The notes beneath the pieces are model-generated. The model worked only from the letters and a program-made list of their open reading frames with translations. It had not been told where the DNA came from and ran no database searches. Positions 1-8,997 of a DNA stretch of 64,000 nucleotides are shown here, one piece after another (within the stretch, counting starts at the first letter, position 1; each line of letters opens with the position of its first letter). This DNA comes from Ilumatobacteraceae bacterium. GTDB lineage: Bacteria > Actinomycetota > Acidimicrobiia > Acidimicrobiales > Ilumatobacteraceae. Location of the stretch: contig JBIKZT010000001.1 in the NCBI GenBank assembly GCA_044354565.1, positions 724 to 64,723 of the forward strand. Direction: 5' to 3'. The translations under genes and the position numbers were made by a program.

Positions 1-2
1 GC

Positions 3-218
3 GTGCGCATCAATGGCTTCTTTGCTGGTGAATCAATGTTTCACCGGGAGCGGGACGCATCCAAAGTGGCACTCATGTACCTCGTCGACATCATGAATGC
101 CGCGAGCATGACGTTGCTAGACACACAATGGAAGACCGAGCACCTGGCATCTATGGGAGGCATCGAAATCCCCCGAGCTGAGTATCTGGCTCTTTTGGAG
201 CAAGCCGTAGCCGAATAA
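3..218 (+). CDS. aat: leucyl/phenylalanyl-tRNA--protein transferase, C-terminal fragment (5' end outside window)
   Basis: The ORF is open to the window edge. GESMFHRERDASKVAL...LDTQ..TEHLASMGG.EIPRAEYL matches the conserved Aat C-terminal core. Confidence 0.75.
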   Translation: MRINGFFAGESMFHRERDASKVALMYLVDIMNAASMTLLDTQWKTEHLASMGGIEIPRAEYLALLEQAVAE

Positions 219-264
219 CCATACGGGCGTGGGGAACTTGGTCCTGCGTTGCCATACTTGAACG

Positions 265-2226
265 GTGACGAACGCTGACACTCCCCGCCGCGACGACCCA
301 TGGTTGATGCGCACCTACTCAGGCCACTCCACCGCTGCAGCATCTAACCAGCTGTACCGCACCAACTTGGCCAAGGGTCAAACAGGTTTGTCCATCGCAT
401 TCGATCTTCCAACACAAACTGGGTACGACCCCGACCATGTGCTCGCCACTGGCGAAGTTGGAAAAGTTGGCGTACCAGTCGCACACCTTGGTCACATGCG
501 AACACTTCTCGATTCCATTCCGCCAGGAAAAATGAACACGTCGATGACCATCAACGCAACTGCTGCATGGATGCTCGCTTTGTACGTTGCAAACGGTCGT
601 GAACAAGGCGTCACGTCTCAGGAACTTCGCGGCACAACGCAAAACGACATTGTGAAGGAATACCTCTCTCGCGGCACCTACATCTTTCCTCCCGCTCCAT
701 CGAAACGACTGATTGTAGACATGGTGGCATGGTGTGCACATAACGCACCGAAGTGGAACCCAATGAATGTGTGTTCGTACCACTTGCAAGAAGTTGGTGC
801 TACACCTGTGCAAGAGATTGCATACTCACTTGCAACAGCTATCGACGTACTCGATGCTGTGCGCGCAAGTGGTCAAGTAGACGATGCTCAATTCGATCAA
901 GTCTTTGGTTCTATTTCATTCTTCGTGAATGCCGGAATTCGTTTTGTTGAAGAAGTGTGCAAGATGCGCGCCTTCACTGAATTGTGGGATCGCATTGGTC
1001 GCGAGCGATACAACGTCACCGATGCAAAAGCGCGTCGTTTCCGCTATGGCGTACAGGTGAACTCACTTGGTCTCACTGAAGCACAACCTGAGAACAACAT
1101 TCAACGCATCGTGTTAGAGATGCTTGCAGTCACACTTTCAAAAAATGCACGCGCACGCAGTGTGCAGTTGCCTGCATGGAACGAGGCCCTTGGCCTACCG
1201 CGCCCATGGGATCAACAATGGTCGCTGCGTATGCAGCAAGTGCTTGCATTTGAGTCCGACCTTCTCGAGTACGAAGACATCTTTGATGGTTCAAAAGTTA
1301 TTGAAGGCAGAACAGCAGAACTGCGCGATGCCGCATGGGCTGAACTTGAAGACGTTCTTTCGCTTGACGGTGCATTCAATGCTGTCGACGAACTAAAGGG
1401 TCGCCTTGTGAAATCTATGGCATTGCGCACACGTCGCATTGAGAACGGTGAGCAAACTGTTGTGGGTGTGAACTCTTACACCGAAACCGAAGTATCGCCG
1501 CTTAGCGGAGCAAACAACATCCTTGTTGTTGACCATGCAGTAGAAGCACAGATGATCGCAGATGTTGAAGCATGGCGATCATCTCGTGACAATGCACGTG
1601 TCACTGCCGCTCTTGCTCATTTGCGTAAGGCCGCAGAATCAGACGAGAACATCATGGAAGCATCTATCGAGCTTGCAGAGGCAGGTGGCACCACCGGTGA
1701 ATGGTCGCAAGTGCTACGTGAAGTCTTCGGTGAGTTCCGCGCACCTACTGGCGTAGCCGCAGCCGTTGGCCGTCGCACCACTGCATTGGCCGAAGTTGCC
1801 GAATACGTTCGCACCATTCCAGGTGGACCACCACGTTTCTTGGTTGCCAAACCAGGCCTCGATGGTCACTCCAGTGGTGCAGAACAAATCGCAGTTGCCG
1901 CTCGTGACTCCGGCATGGAAGTTGTGTACAGCGGTATTCGACTTACGCCCGAACAAATAGTTGCCAGTGCTCGTGACGAAGATCCAGATGTAATTGGCCT
2001 CTCCATCCTTTCTGGGTCGCACATGCAGTTGGTGCCAGACGTTGTAAAACGACTTCGGGCCGAGGGCGTGGACGCGCCCGTCATTGTGGGTGGAATCATT
2101 CCCGAAGAAGACCGAGATTGGCTGTTGTCCCACGATGTGGCGGCGGTTTATACGCCTAAAGACTTCGATATTGCTCGCATTATGCGTGAAGTGGCCGAAT
2201 TAGCTGCCGCACACCGAAACAATTAG
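265..2226 (+). CDS. ecm: ethylmalonyl-CoA mutase-type B12-dependent acyl-CoA mutase (MeaA/Ecm-like, catalytic and B12-binding domains fused)
   Basis: 653 aa with a GTG start. RTYSGHSTAAASNQLYR..LAKGQTGLSIAFDLPTQTGYDPDH is the MeaA/Ecm-type variant of the mutase motif. The C-terminal DGHSSGAEQIA...GLSILSGSH is a cobalamin-binding domain. ccr, epimerase and thiolase lie in the same window. Confidence 0.75.
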   Translation: MTNADTPRRDDPWLMRTYSGHSTAAASNQLYRTNLAKGQTGLSIAFDLPTQTGYDPDHVLATGEVGKVGVPVAHLGHMRTLLDSIPPGKMNTSMTINATAAWMLALYVANGREQGVTSQELRGTTQNDIVKEYLSRGTYIFPPAPSKRLIVDMVAWCAHNAPKWNPMNVCSYHLQEVGATPVQEIAYSLATAIDVLDAVRASGQVDDAQFDQVFGSISFFVNAGIRFVEEVCKMRAFTELWDRIGRERYNVTDAKARRFRYGVQVNSLGLTEAQPENNIQRIVLEMLAVTLSKNARARSVQLPAWNEALGLPRPWDQQWSLRMQQVLAFESDLLEYEDIFDGSKVIEGRTAELRDAAWAELEDVLSLDGAFNAVDELKGRLVKSMALRTRRIENGEQTVVGVNSYTETEVSPLSGANNILVVDHAVEAQMIADVEAWRSSRDNARVTAALAHLRKAAESDENIMEASIELAEAGGTTGEWSQVLREVFGEFRAPTGVAAAVGRRTTALAEVAEYVRTIPGGPPRFLVAKPGLDGHSSGAEQIAVAARDSGMEVVYSGIRLTPEQIVASARDEDPDVIGLSILSGSHMQLVPDVVKRLRAEGVDAPVIVGGIIPEEDRDWLLSHDVAAVYTPKDFDIARIMREVAELAAAHRNN

Positions 2227-2271
2227 ACCCAATTGGGAATGCCTTCGGGCAGAAGCCTGTTGAATTGTGCC

Positions 2272-2754
2272 ATGAGCATTTACTCCACACCCATCGCAAC
2301 ACTCAACGGCCAACCAAACGCATTGGCTGCAGCTGAAGGCAAAGTAACACTTGTTGTCAACGTGGCAAGCAAGTGTGGACTCACACCTCAGTACGAGCAG
2401 TTGGAAGTTTTGCAGAAGGCATATGCCGAAAAGGGCTTCACAGTTCTTGGCGTGCCGTGCAACCAGTTCATGGGACAAGAACCAGGTTCACCTGAAGAGA
2501 TCGCAAGTTTCTGCAGCACAACATATGGCGTAACGTTTCCACTCACAGAAAAAGTTGATGTCAACGGCGATGCGCGTCATCCGTTGTATGAAGCACTCAC
2601 TCCAGTTGCCGACGCAGAAGGCGTGAACGGCGATATTCGCTGGAACTTCGAAAAGTTCCTCGTAGGTCGTGACGGAAAAATCGTTGCACGTTTCAGCCCA
2701 ATGGTGTTGCCTGACGCACCAGAAGTTGTTGCTGCAATCGAATCAGCGCTCTAA
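2272..2754 (+). CDS. glutathione peroxidase family protein (Cys-type)
   Basis: Motifs NVASKCGLTPQY, LGVPCNQF and WNFEKFLVGRDG are present. I chose the ATG at 2272; the track ORF starts at 2233. Confidence 0.85.
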   Translation: MSIYSTPIATLNGQPNALAAAEGKVTLVVNVASKCGLTPQYEQLEVLQKAYAEKGFTVLGVPCNQFMGQEPGSPEEIASFCSTTYGVTFPLTEKVDVNGDARHPLYEALTPVADAEGVNGDIRWNFEKFLVGRDGKIVARFSPMVLPDAPEVVAAIESAL

Positions 2755-2757
2755 GAA

Positions 2758-3570
2758 TCAATCTTCAAGAAGGGCGCTAAGGCCCCCAAAACGAATGATT
2801 CGAAACTCTTCGGCAGCCTCAAGTGCATAACGTGCGCCTGTACCTTGGGAACCACGGCGTATAAATAAATCAATCATTCGCGAAGGGTCCCCCGAACGAA
2901 GTGCATCCTCTGCGAGTGGTGCTTTCTTTCCGGCTGTTCGTGCCTGCATCACTAATTGGTTCGCATAGTTCAACATCATTGTCACGTGGCATTGAGCTGC
3001 GAGCACCTTTTTGTCTAGTACTGAAGAAATATCGACAACATGAGTTATCTCTGTCAGCCTGCGCCCGAAGTACCACCGCTCAAAACATCCGTGCGGCTGA
3101 AGTCCATCCTGAAAGTGCTCTGGATGATGTAAATCAAACTGGCTTGTCCAGAACGCTTCATTGCACGCTTTCGCAACCACTAGATGATCTTCGTTATCTT
3201 CCCCGTACATTGAAAACGGATCAAAACTTACGAGCGCATACGGCTTATAGGTGCGAATCATTCGAATGATTTTCTCGCGCAGTGCGACTTCACTGACATC
3301 ACCTAAGACATCAGTGTTGTAGCCGAATTCAACAATTTCACTAATTCCTAGTACCGACGACGCCGCTTGAAACTGTTTTGTATTGTTTTCAATGGTTTGA
3401 GACTCGCTCAAACCATGCGAGTCCCATCGATCATCAGTGACGCGGACACAGATAACTCGCCATCCCATTTCAGCCCACAGTGCAATGACTCCTCCGAGAA
3501 AGAACGCCGGATCATCCGCATGAGGAGACACGAGAAGAATTGTGCGACCCTCGCCATTTTCAATCTTCAT
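2758..3570 (-). CDS. PIG-L/LmbE family N-acetylglucosaminyl-type deacetylase
   Basis: LLVSPHADDPAFFLGG matches the PIG-L signature (PHxDD), with downstream HxxH-type residues. The internal ATG at 3570 is preferred over the GTG at 3615. Divergent from the DegT gene. Confidence 0.75.
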   Translation of the reverse strand: MKIENGEGRTILLVSPHADDPAFFLGGVIALWAEMGWRVICVRVTDDRWDSHGLSESQTIENNTKQFQAASSVLGISEIVEFGYNTDVLGDVSEVALREKIIRMIRTYKPYALVSFDPFSMYGEDNEDHLVVAKACNEAFWTSQFDLHHPEHFQDGLQPHGCFERWYFGRRLTEITHVVDISSVLDKKVLAAQCHVTMMLNYANQLVMQARTAGKKAPLAEDALRSGDPSRMIDLFIRRGSQGTGARYALEAAEEFRIIRFGGLSALLED

Positions 3571-3580
3571 CGTTTCAATT

Positions 3581-3621
3581 TGCACATTGTGATTGTAAAC
3601 CCAGTAAAACTGCACAATTGT
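3581..3621. promoter_or_regulatory. direct repeat TGCACA(A)TTGT x2, 30 bp apart, in the divergent PIG-L/DegT intergenic region; candidate operator
   Basis: TGCACATTGT lies at 3581-3590 and TGCACAATTGT at 3611-3621. The second copy contains the palindrome ACAATTGT. An extra ATTGT lies at 3592-3596. Confidence 0.25.
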
Positions 3622-3642
3622 TACTGAGTTAGACTTTCAAGC

Positions 3643-4872
3643 ATGGAAAAGCTTGGTATCAACGGCGGCACCCCTGTTCGCACAGCTCCTTTCCCACTCT
3701 GGCCTGACTTTGATGACACTGAACGTCAATTGATTATTGAAGTTCTTGACAGTCGTCAGTGGTGGGCAACTCAAGGAACCAAAGTTAAAGAGTTTGAAAA
3801 GCAGTGGGGAGACTTCCACGGCACCGGACCTGCAATTGCAGTAACTAATGGGTCACACACTCTTGAACTCGCACTCTTGGCTCTTGACGTTGGTGCAAGG
3901 GACGAAGTGATTGTTCCGAACTGGACATTCGTCGCTACAGCAGCAGCCGTGCTGATGGTAAACGCAGTTCCCGTTTTGGTAGACGTGGAATTGGGTACTG
4001 GCTGTATTGACCCAGTGGCTGTAGAAGCAGCGATAACTCCAAGAACACGAGCCGTGATTGCAGTGCACATCGCGGGTCACCCATCTGACATGGATGCATT
4101 ATCAAAAATTTGTCAGAAACACGGGTTGGCACTAATTGAAGATTGCGCGCACGCGCACGGAAGTTCGTGGAACAACAAACCAGTGGGGACTCTCGGCGAC
4201 GCCGGCTCCTACTCTTTTCAATCTTCAAAACTTATGACTGGCGGAGAAGGTGGCGCAGTCATTGCGAAAGACCCATCTATCGCTGCGAAGGTGCGTTCAT
4301 TCTCAGACTGCGGAAGACGCCCAGGTGAATGGTTTTACAGTCATTACGCACTTGGTGGAAATTACAGAATGACTGAATGGCAAGGGGCCATTCTCCTGGC
4401 ACAACTTGGCCGCTTTGGCACACAACAAAACATTCGTGCAAGTAATGCAAATCTTTTGAATGATGAACTTGCACGAATTCCTGGTGTTCATCCGCAGTCG
4501 CGAGATCCACGGTGTACATCGCAGGGTAACTACTGTTATGTCGTTCGCATAGACGAAGAAGAGTTTGGTGCCTCTCGTGAAATGGTCCGGACGGCCCTTC
4601 TTGCTGAAGGCATCAGCCTGACCATGGCATACCCAACAATCAATTCACTTGATTTATTCACCGACCCGAACGGATTTTTACCCCGAGTGAAGTCTCGAGA
4701 AGGAATGCAGGACTTTGCGAATCTCTCCATGCCCATCTCTCAACGACTCGCTGATGAGACACTATGGTTCACCACCTCAGTCTTGATGGGCTCAAGTGAT
4801 GACACCAGAGATGTTGTGACTGCAGTAGAGAAAGTACAACGACTTTCCCACACTCTTAATTCTGAGAAATAA
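3643..4872 (+). CDS. DegT/DnrJ/EryC1/StrS family PLP-dependent aminotransferase (keto-sugar or inosose aminotransferase type)
   Basis: 409 aa. SFQSSKLMTGGEGG contains the PLP lysine. The N-terminus GINGGTPVR...PLWP resembles the glutamine:scyllo-inosose/keto-sugar aminotransferase subgroup. Confidence 0.8.
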   Translation: MEKLGINGGTPVRTAPFPLWPDFDDTERQLIIEVLDSRQWWATQGTKVKEFEKQWGDFHGTGPAIAVTNGSHTLELALLALDVGARDEVIVPNWTFVATAAAVLMVNAVPVLVDVELGTGCIDPVAVEAAITPRTRAVIAVHIAGHPSDMDALSKICQKHGLALIEDCAHAHGSSWNNKPVGTLGDAGSYSFQSSKLMTGGEGGAVIAKDPSIAAKVRSFSDCGRRPGEWFYSHYALGGNYRMTEWQGAILLAQLGRFGTQQNIRASNANLLNDELARIPGVHPQSRDPRCTSQGNYCYVVRIDEEEFGASREMVRTALLAEGISLTMAYPTINSLDLFTDPNGFLPRVKSREGMQDFANLSMPISQRLADETLWFTTSVLMGSSDDTRDVVTAVEKVQRLSHTLNSEK

Positions 4873-4874
4873 AA

Positions 4875-5897
4875 GTGGACAACAACTTCACTCCAACTAT
4901 TTCAGTTCATGAAATGTCAATTCAAGAACTGTTTAGCCAAATCAGTGATGTAACTGTTGTTTACAATGATCCTCCGTGGACTGAACTCTCGCTCGTTCTA
5001 CCGACTCCTGCACAATCAGTTTCAGCATGGAACATGGACCTTGATTACTTAGAGAAAACAGCTTCCTCGATGCACATTTCTTCAACGGTTGTGGGCGTTG
5101 GCGGTGGGACCGCACTCGACACGGCGAAATTTATGGCATGGAAGCATGGAGCAACTCTGATACAGGTGCCGACCATCACCAGTGTGGATGCTGGTTTTAC
5201 AGATGCAATCGGTGTACGGGTTAACGGAAATGTTCAATATGTCGGAAAAATCATGCCTGAAATGGTTGTACTTGATTTTCCACTTATTCGAAGCGCACCC
5301 AAACATCTGAATCGCGCTGGTGTTGGCGACATACTCTCCTGCCATACGGGGCTCTTCGACTGGAAACTTGCCCGTGAGGCAAATCGAGAAGACCGATGGA
5401 ACGACAGCCTCTATGCATTAGGTAATTCATTACTCAATGAACTCGAGGCCGCAATCGGCGATATTGGTGCAGTCACTGAATCCGGAGTTCGATTCTTAGC
5501 TGACGCGTACAGACGAATCGGAGCAGCATGCGCAATCGCTGGACACAGTCGCTTTGAAGAAGGTTCTGAACACTTCTTGGTCTACGCACTGGAACACCTA
5601 ACCGGAGATCACTACGTGCACGGTGAAGTTGTAGCCATGGGAGTCGCCGCCATGGCTTCGGTACAAGAGAACGATGTTGATCGAATTCGAAACATCATCT
5701 CTCTTTCTGGAGTGCGTGCCAATCCCCATGACATCGGAATCAGTCAACAACAATTTTTCAACACTCTCAGATCTCTCGCCGAATACACGTCTAGAGAAAA
5801 GCTTGACTATTCGATAGTCGACACACGTGACATCACCGAATCCGAGATTTCTACAGCATGGAATACAGTCACTTCCCTGCCACGAGTAAAAGTATGA
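4875..5897 (+). CDS. iron-containing alcohol dehydrogenase superfamily protein, sn-glycerol-1-phosphate dehydrogenase (AraM/EgsA)-like
   Basis: Motifs VGVGGGTALDTAKF, PTITSVDAGFT, EGSEHFLVYALE and HGEVVAMG match the G1PDH-type NAD site and D/H/H metal triad. The GTG start is 3 nt after the DegT stop. An alternative ATG lies at 4914. Confidence 0.6.
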   Translation: MDNNFTPTISVHEMSIQELFSQISDVTVVYNDPPWTELSLVLPTPAQSVSAWNMDLDYLEKTASSMHISSTVVGVGGGTALDTAKFMAWKHGATLIQVPTITSVDAGFTDAIGVRVNGNVQYVGKIMPEMVVLDFPLIRSAPKHLNRAGVGDILSCHTGLFDWKLAREANREDRWNDSLYALGNSLLNELEAAIGDIGAVTESGVRFLADAYRRIGAACAIAGHSRFEEGSEHFLVYALEHLTGDHYVHGEVVAMGVAAMASVQENDVDRIRNIISLSGVRANPHDIGISQQQFFNTLRSLAEYTSREKLDYSIVDTRDITESEISTAWNTVTSLPRVKV

Positions 5898-6841
5898 CGA
5901 ATCCAAAGATTGTGACTCTCGGTTACGGGTTTATTGCTGCCATGCACATCAAGGCAGCGCGCGAAGTCGGTGTCACCACAGTGGGCATCTCGGGCCACAA
6001 CGGTGACAAAGCTCTCGAATTTGCCCAAAAGAATGACATTCCATATTCCACTGATGATTGGAAAAATCTCATCGATACAACAAGTGCTGACCTAGTCGTT
6101 GTGTGCACGCCAAATTATTTGCACTACGAACAAACCATTTATGCACTTAAGCAAGGTAAGAACGTTCTTGTTGAAAAACCAGCAGCTATGACCACAATTC
6201 AAATGCTCGAGATGATGGAAGTTGCTCGTTCGCAAGACAGGCTCCTTGCTGTTGGCCACATGTGGCGCTATCACCCAGATGTCATTGCATTGCGCGACGT
6301 GATTCGCAAGGGAGACCTTGGCACCATTGTTCGCACGCATGGTTATGGCGTTCATGCACACTGGGGACCCGCAGGATGGTTTATTGACAAGGCACTTGCT
6401 GGCGGTGGAGCACTCATTGATATGGGAATCCACGCAATAGACACTGCGCGTTTTCTACTTGGCGATCCCCAACCAGTTCGCGTTCAAGCAACTCTCGGGT
6501 TTGGAAAATACGGTGACTACAACGTCGATGATGATGGCATCGTGACCGTGGACTGGGATAACGGCGTTTGCTCAATCATTGAATCAGGTTGGTGGCAGCC
6601 AAAACTTCGAGGGCTCGAGGCAGAAACAGAGGTAATGGGAACAGCCGGATTCCGCAAGATTTGGCCAGACATGCCGCCTGTACCTAAGGGATACAACCAC
6701 TGTGAGACCGAAATGTATGCACGTCAAATTCAAGACGTTGTCACATGTATTTCTTCAGGAGCCACACCTGCATGTTCTGCTGAGGTGGGATTTACAGCGC
6801 TCGATATTGTCGAGAAGGCTTACCAAGCAGCAGGCGCCTAA
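5894..6841 (+). CDS. Gfo/Idh/MocA family NAD(P)-dependent oxidoreductase
   Basis: The N-terminal Rossmann segment IVTLGYGFIAAMH, plus VVCTPNYLHYEQ and VLVEKP, fit the family. The ATG at 5894 overlaps the upstream stop (ATGA). Confidence 0.85.
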   Translation: MTNPKIVTLGYGFIAAMHIKAAREVGVTTVGISGHNGDKALEFAQKNDIPYSTDDWKNLIDTTSADLVVVCTPNYLHYEQTIYALKQGKNVLVEKPAAMTTIQMLEMMEVARSQDRLLAVGHMWRYHPDVIALRDVIRKGDLGTIVRTHGYGVHAHWGPAGWFIDKALAGGGALIDMGIHAIDTARFLLGDPQPVRVQATLGFGKYGDYNVDDDGIVTVDWDNGVCSIIESGWWQPKLRGLEAETEVMGTAGFRKIWPDMPPVPKGYNHCETEMYARQIQDVVTCISSGATPACSAEVGFTALDIVEKAYQAAGA

Positions 6842-8235
6842 AGAATTCCGGCCATTATCTTTGAGCCGTACTCCAAGACACGGTCAATCTCTCCGGGCGC
6901 TACTCCGGCAGTAACTGTTTCATACCGCTCGTCACCACCTGCTTCGTCAAAATGTTCTTGCATAGGCAAATACCGATAACTCGTATTTGCCAGCCCAATG
7001 ACAAAAGCTCGATCAGACTGAACCAGTTCACTCCATCGACGTCCAAGTGCAACAAGAACTTCGCCGGGCATTGCGAGGAATTTGAGTGTGTCAATCACCA
7101 ATACTTGAATAGGGAAATTGATGGGGGTCGAAGGCGTTGGACGAGCTTTTCGTGCGGTCAGGCCTAGGTAGTAACAACACGCGATCATAATGCGACGCAT
7201 TTCGCTCTCAGACATGTCAAGAGAAACAACCACATGTGAGGCGGCTGCCCAAAGCTGTGACATTGGAACCGTCGTTTGGAAATCGGCGCCAAGAAACTCC
7301 TTCAGGTCAGCAATGCTTTTATCTAACCGAATCTCAGCAGCACCTTCATCTAGCCCTCCATTGTTTGGCAACAATTCCAATGCTGAAGACTGCATGCCAA
7401 GAAGACCATCATCAATAGTCGGGGCATGTACAGATAAGTCATTCATGATGCCAATTACTGCTTCTGCAAGTTGTGCACCAATTTTTTGGGTGTCTTCAAA
7501 AGAACTATTGCAATAACCCCGGGGATCTAATGCATCCCGCCGTGGTGACGTCGTAGGGACAATGTCTCCTTCAGTTGTATTGATGAACAGTGGGGTCACT
7601 CCAGGCAACGCTTTTCTTATGAATCGCTTTGCTTCTCCTGGGTAGTCCGCCGAGACTTCTGGGTTATCCCAGCCCATGGTTGTTGGGTGGCATCCGCTGC
7701 CAAAGAGAACTGCAAATGGGGAATCAGACTGGGAATCGATAGCTAACAGAACAGGGACGCGTGTGTCTACTTCTTGAACATTGTTCGGTTTCCATCGATT
7801 GAATCCAATGCGGGCATCGCCATAGCCGCTAACAATGCGCGCTGGACGTCGTGAATGAAACGCTTCAATACCTGCTTGGATTAGTGCATCAGTGAGTTGT
7901 CGAGAAAACTGCTGAACTCCTATTGCTGATCCAGATGGGTCGTATGGCACAGGGGCTGAATGAGTATGTGATGCGGCCAGCAGTATTCGTTTGGAGTCAA
8001 TACCAGTAGCCAGATGAATCTGTTCAACAACTTCCTTTGTCACAGGAGCTGCCATTGCGATGAGATCTGCAGTAATAACCAACACGGGGTCAACTTCACC
8101 GATACAAAGTGCAACAGTTTCTATTGCATCGTGAACAGACTCAGACGGCGTAATTCTCTGACCGAATCCACCAAGCATGACTGGATAAGACGGCGTGATG
8201 TCTACTGATGCGACACCAACAAATGTTGTAATCAT
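6838..8235 (-). CDS. neutral/alkaline non-lysosomal ceramidase-like hydrolase family protein
   Basis: 465 aa. The N-terminus VGVASVDITPSYPVMLGGFGQR....VHD follows the pattern of the ceramidase N-terminal domain family. Its stop overlaps the Gfo gene stop (CTAA). Confidence 0.55.
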   Translation of the reverse strand: MITTFVGVASVDITPSYPVMLGGFGQRITPSESVHDAIETVALCIGEVDPVLVITADLIAMAAPVTKEVVEQIHLATGIDSKRILLAASHTHSAPVPYDPSGSAIGVQQFSRQLTDALIQAGIEAFHSRRPARIVSGYGDARIGFNRWKPNNVQEVDTRVPVLLAIDSQSDSPFAVLFGSGCHPTTMGWDNPEVSADYPGEAKRFIRKALPGVTPLFINTTEGDIVPTTSPRRDALDPRGYCNSSFEDTQKIGAQLAEAVIGIMNDLSVHAPTIDDGLLGMQSSALELLPNNGGLDEGAAEIRLDKSIADLKEFLGADFQTTVPMSQLWAAASHVVVSLDMSESEMRRIMIACCYYLGLTARKARPTPSTPINFPIQVLVIDTLKFLAMPGEVLVALGRRWSELVQSDRAFVIGLANTSYRYLPMQEHFDEAGGDERYETVTAGVAPGEIDRVLEYGSKIMAGIL

Positions 8236-8265
8236 GTTTCCCCCGAGTAAGCCCTAGTAGCGAAA

Positions 8266-8961
8266 CTAAGCCTTTTCGGCAGCAACAAAAGCATCGAGCA
8301 CAGGTGATGTCTCGAGACTTGTAATCAGTGCATAACGCGGGAAATCGTGATTGTGTACCACCACATGCCATAAGCGTTGGGTGTCTACAACAAAACGTGC
8401 GCCCTTGTTTAGAGGAACTCGACGCTCTGTTGAAGGGTCTGGCAATCCATCTGGGCCATTATCCATGAGCAACATGTAGCTGTCAGGACTATCGGTGAGT
8501 TCAAGCCACGTACGCACAACCCAGCCTTCATTTTCAGGGTTAAATCGATTGTTGTCGTCACGGTGAATGGACCGAATTGCGGTGTCACGATCTTGTGGCT
8601 GCAACTTGATGATGCGTACTCGCCCAAAGTTGGCACCGATGGAATCCACATAGTTTTTTAATGTTGGAGCGATGTCTGCATTAGATGTCCACAATGCATC
8701 TTTGTCAGTTTTTCCTTTGTCCCAAAAACCACGGCAATCGAGTTCGCCATCTGCAGATGCAATTGGTGCAAAGTTTGTGTCACCACCACTTTTCCAATCC
8801 ATGTATTCAAGTAATTCCCATTCAGATGATGGAACATCGAACGGTGCATTTTTCAATGCAACAAAACCGGTGTCTGCAAGACAGTCAAGTCGCACGTGTG
8901 GAGTGTGCAGCGGAATTGCTACAGACCAGTGTTCTTGAGTGGGCCAGAAAGTTGTTGACAT
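8266..8961 (-). CDS. hypothetical protein, aspartyl/asparaginyl beta-hydroxylase (LpxO/AspH)-like cupin fold suspected
   Basis: The pattern IHRDDN ... RTWLEL ... GARFVVDT..LWHVVVHN....RYALI resembles the PHxD ... RxHLxL ... FDD..xH.xxN...R..L layout of the AspH family. Confidence 0.4.
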   Translation of the reverse strand: MSTTFWPTQEHWSVAIPLHTPHVRLDCLADTGFVALKNAPFDVPSSEWELLEYMDWKSGGDTNFAPIASADGELDCRGFWDKGKTDKDALWTSNADIAPTLKNYVDSIGANFGRVRIIKLQPQDRDTAIRSIHRDDNNRFNPENEGWVVRTWLELTDSPDSYMLLMDNGPDGLPDPSTERRVPLNKGARFVVDTQRLWHVVVHNHDFPRYALITSLETSPVLDAFVAAEKA

Positions 8962-8997
8962 ATCTTTAGTGTATGGAAATTAGATGGGGCCACGTGT

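Noticed and set aside
219-264. Cobalamin riboswitch upstream of the B12-dependent mutase
   Set aside because: The gap is only 46 nt, far too short, and no B12-box-like sequence was seen.
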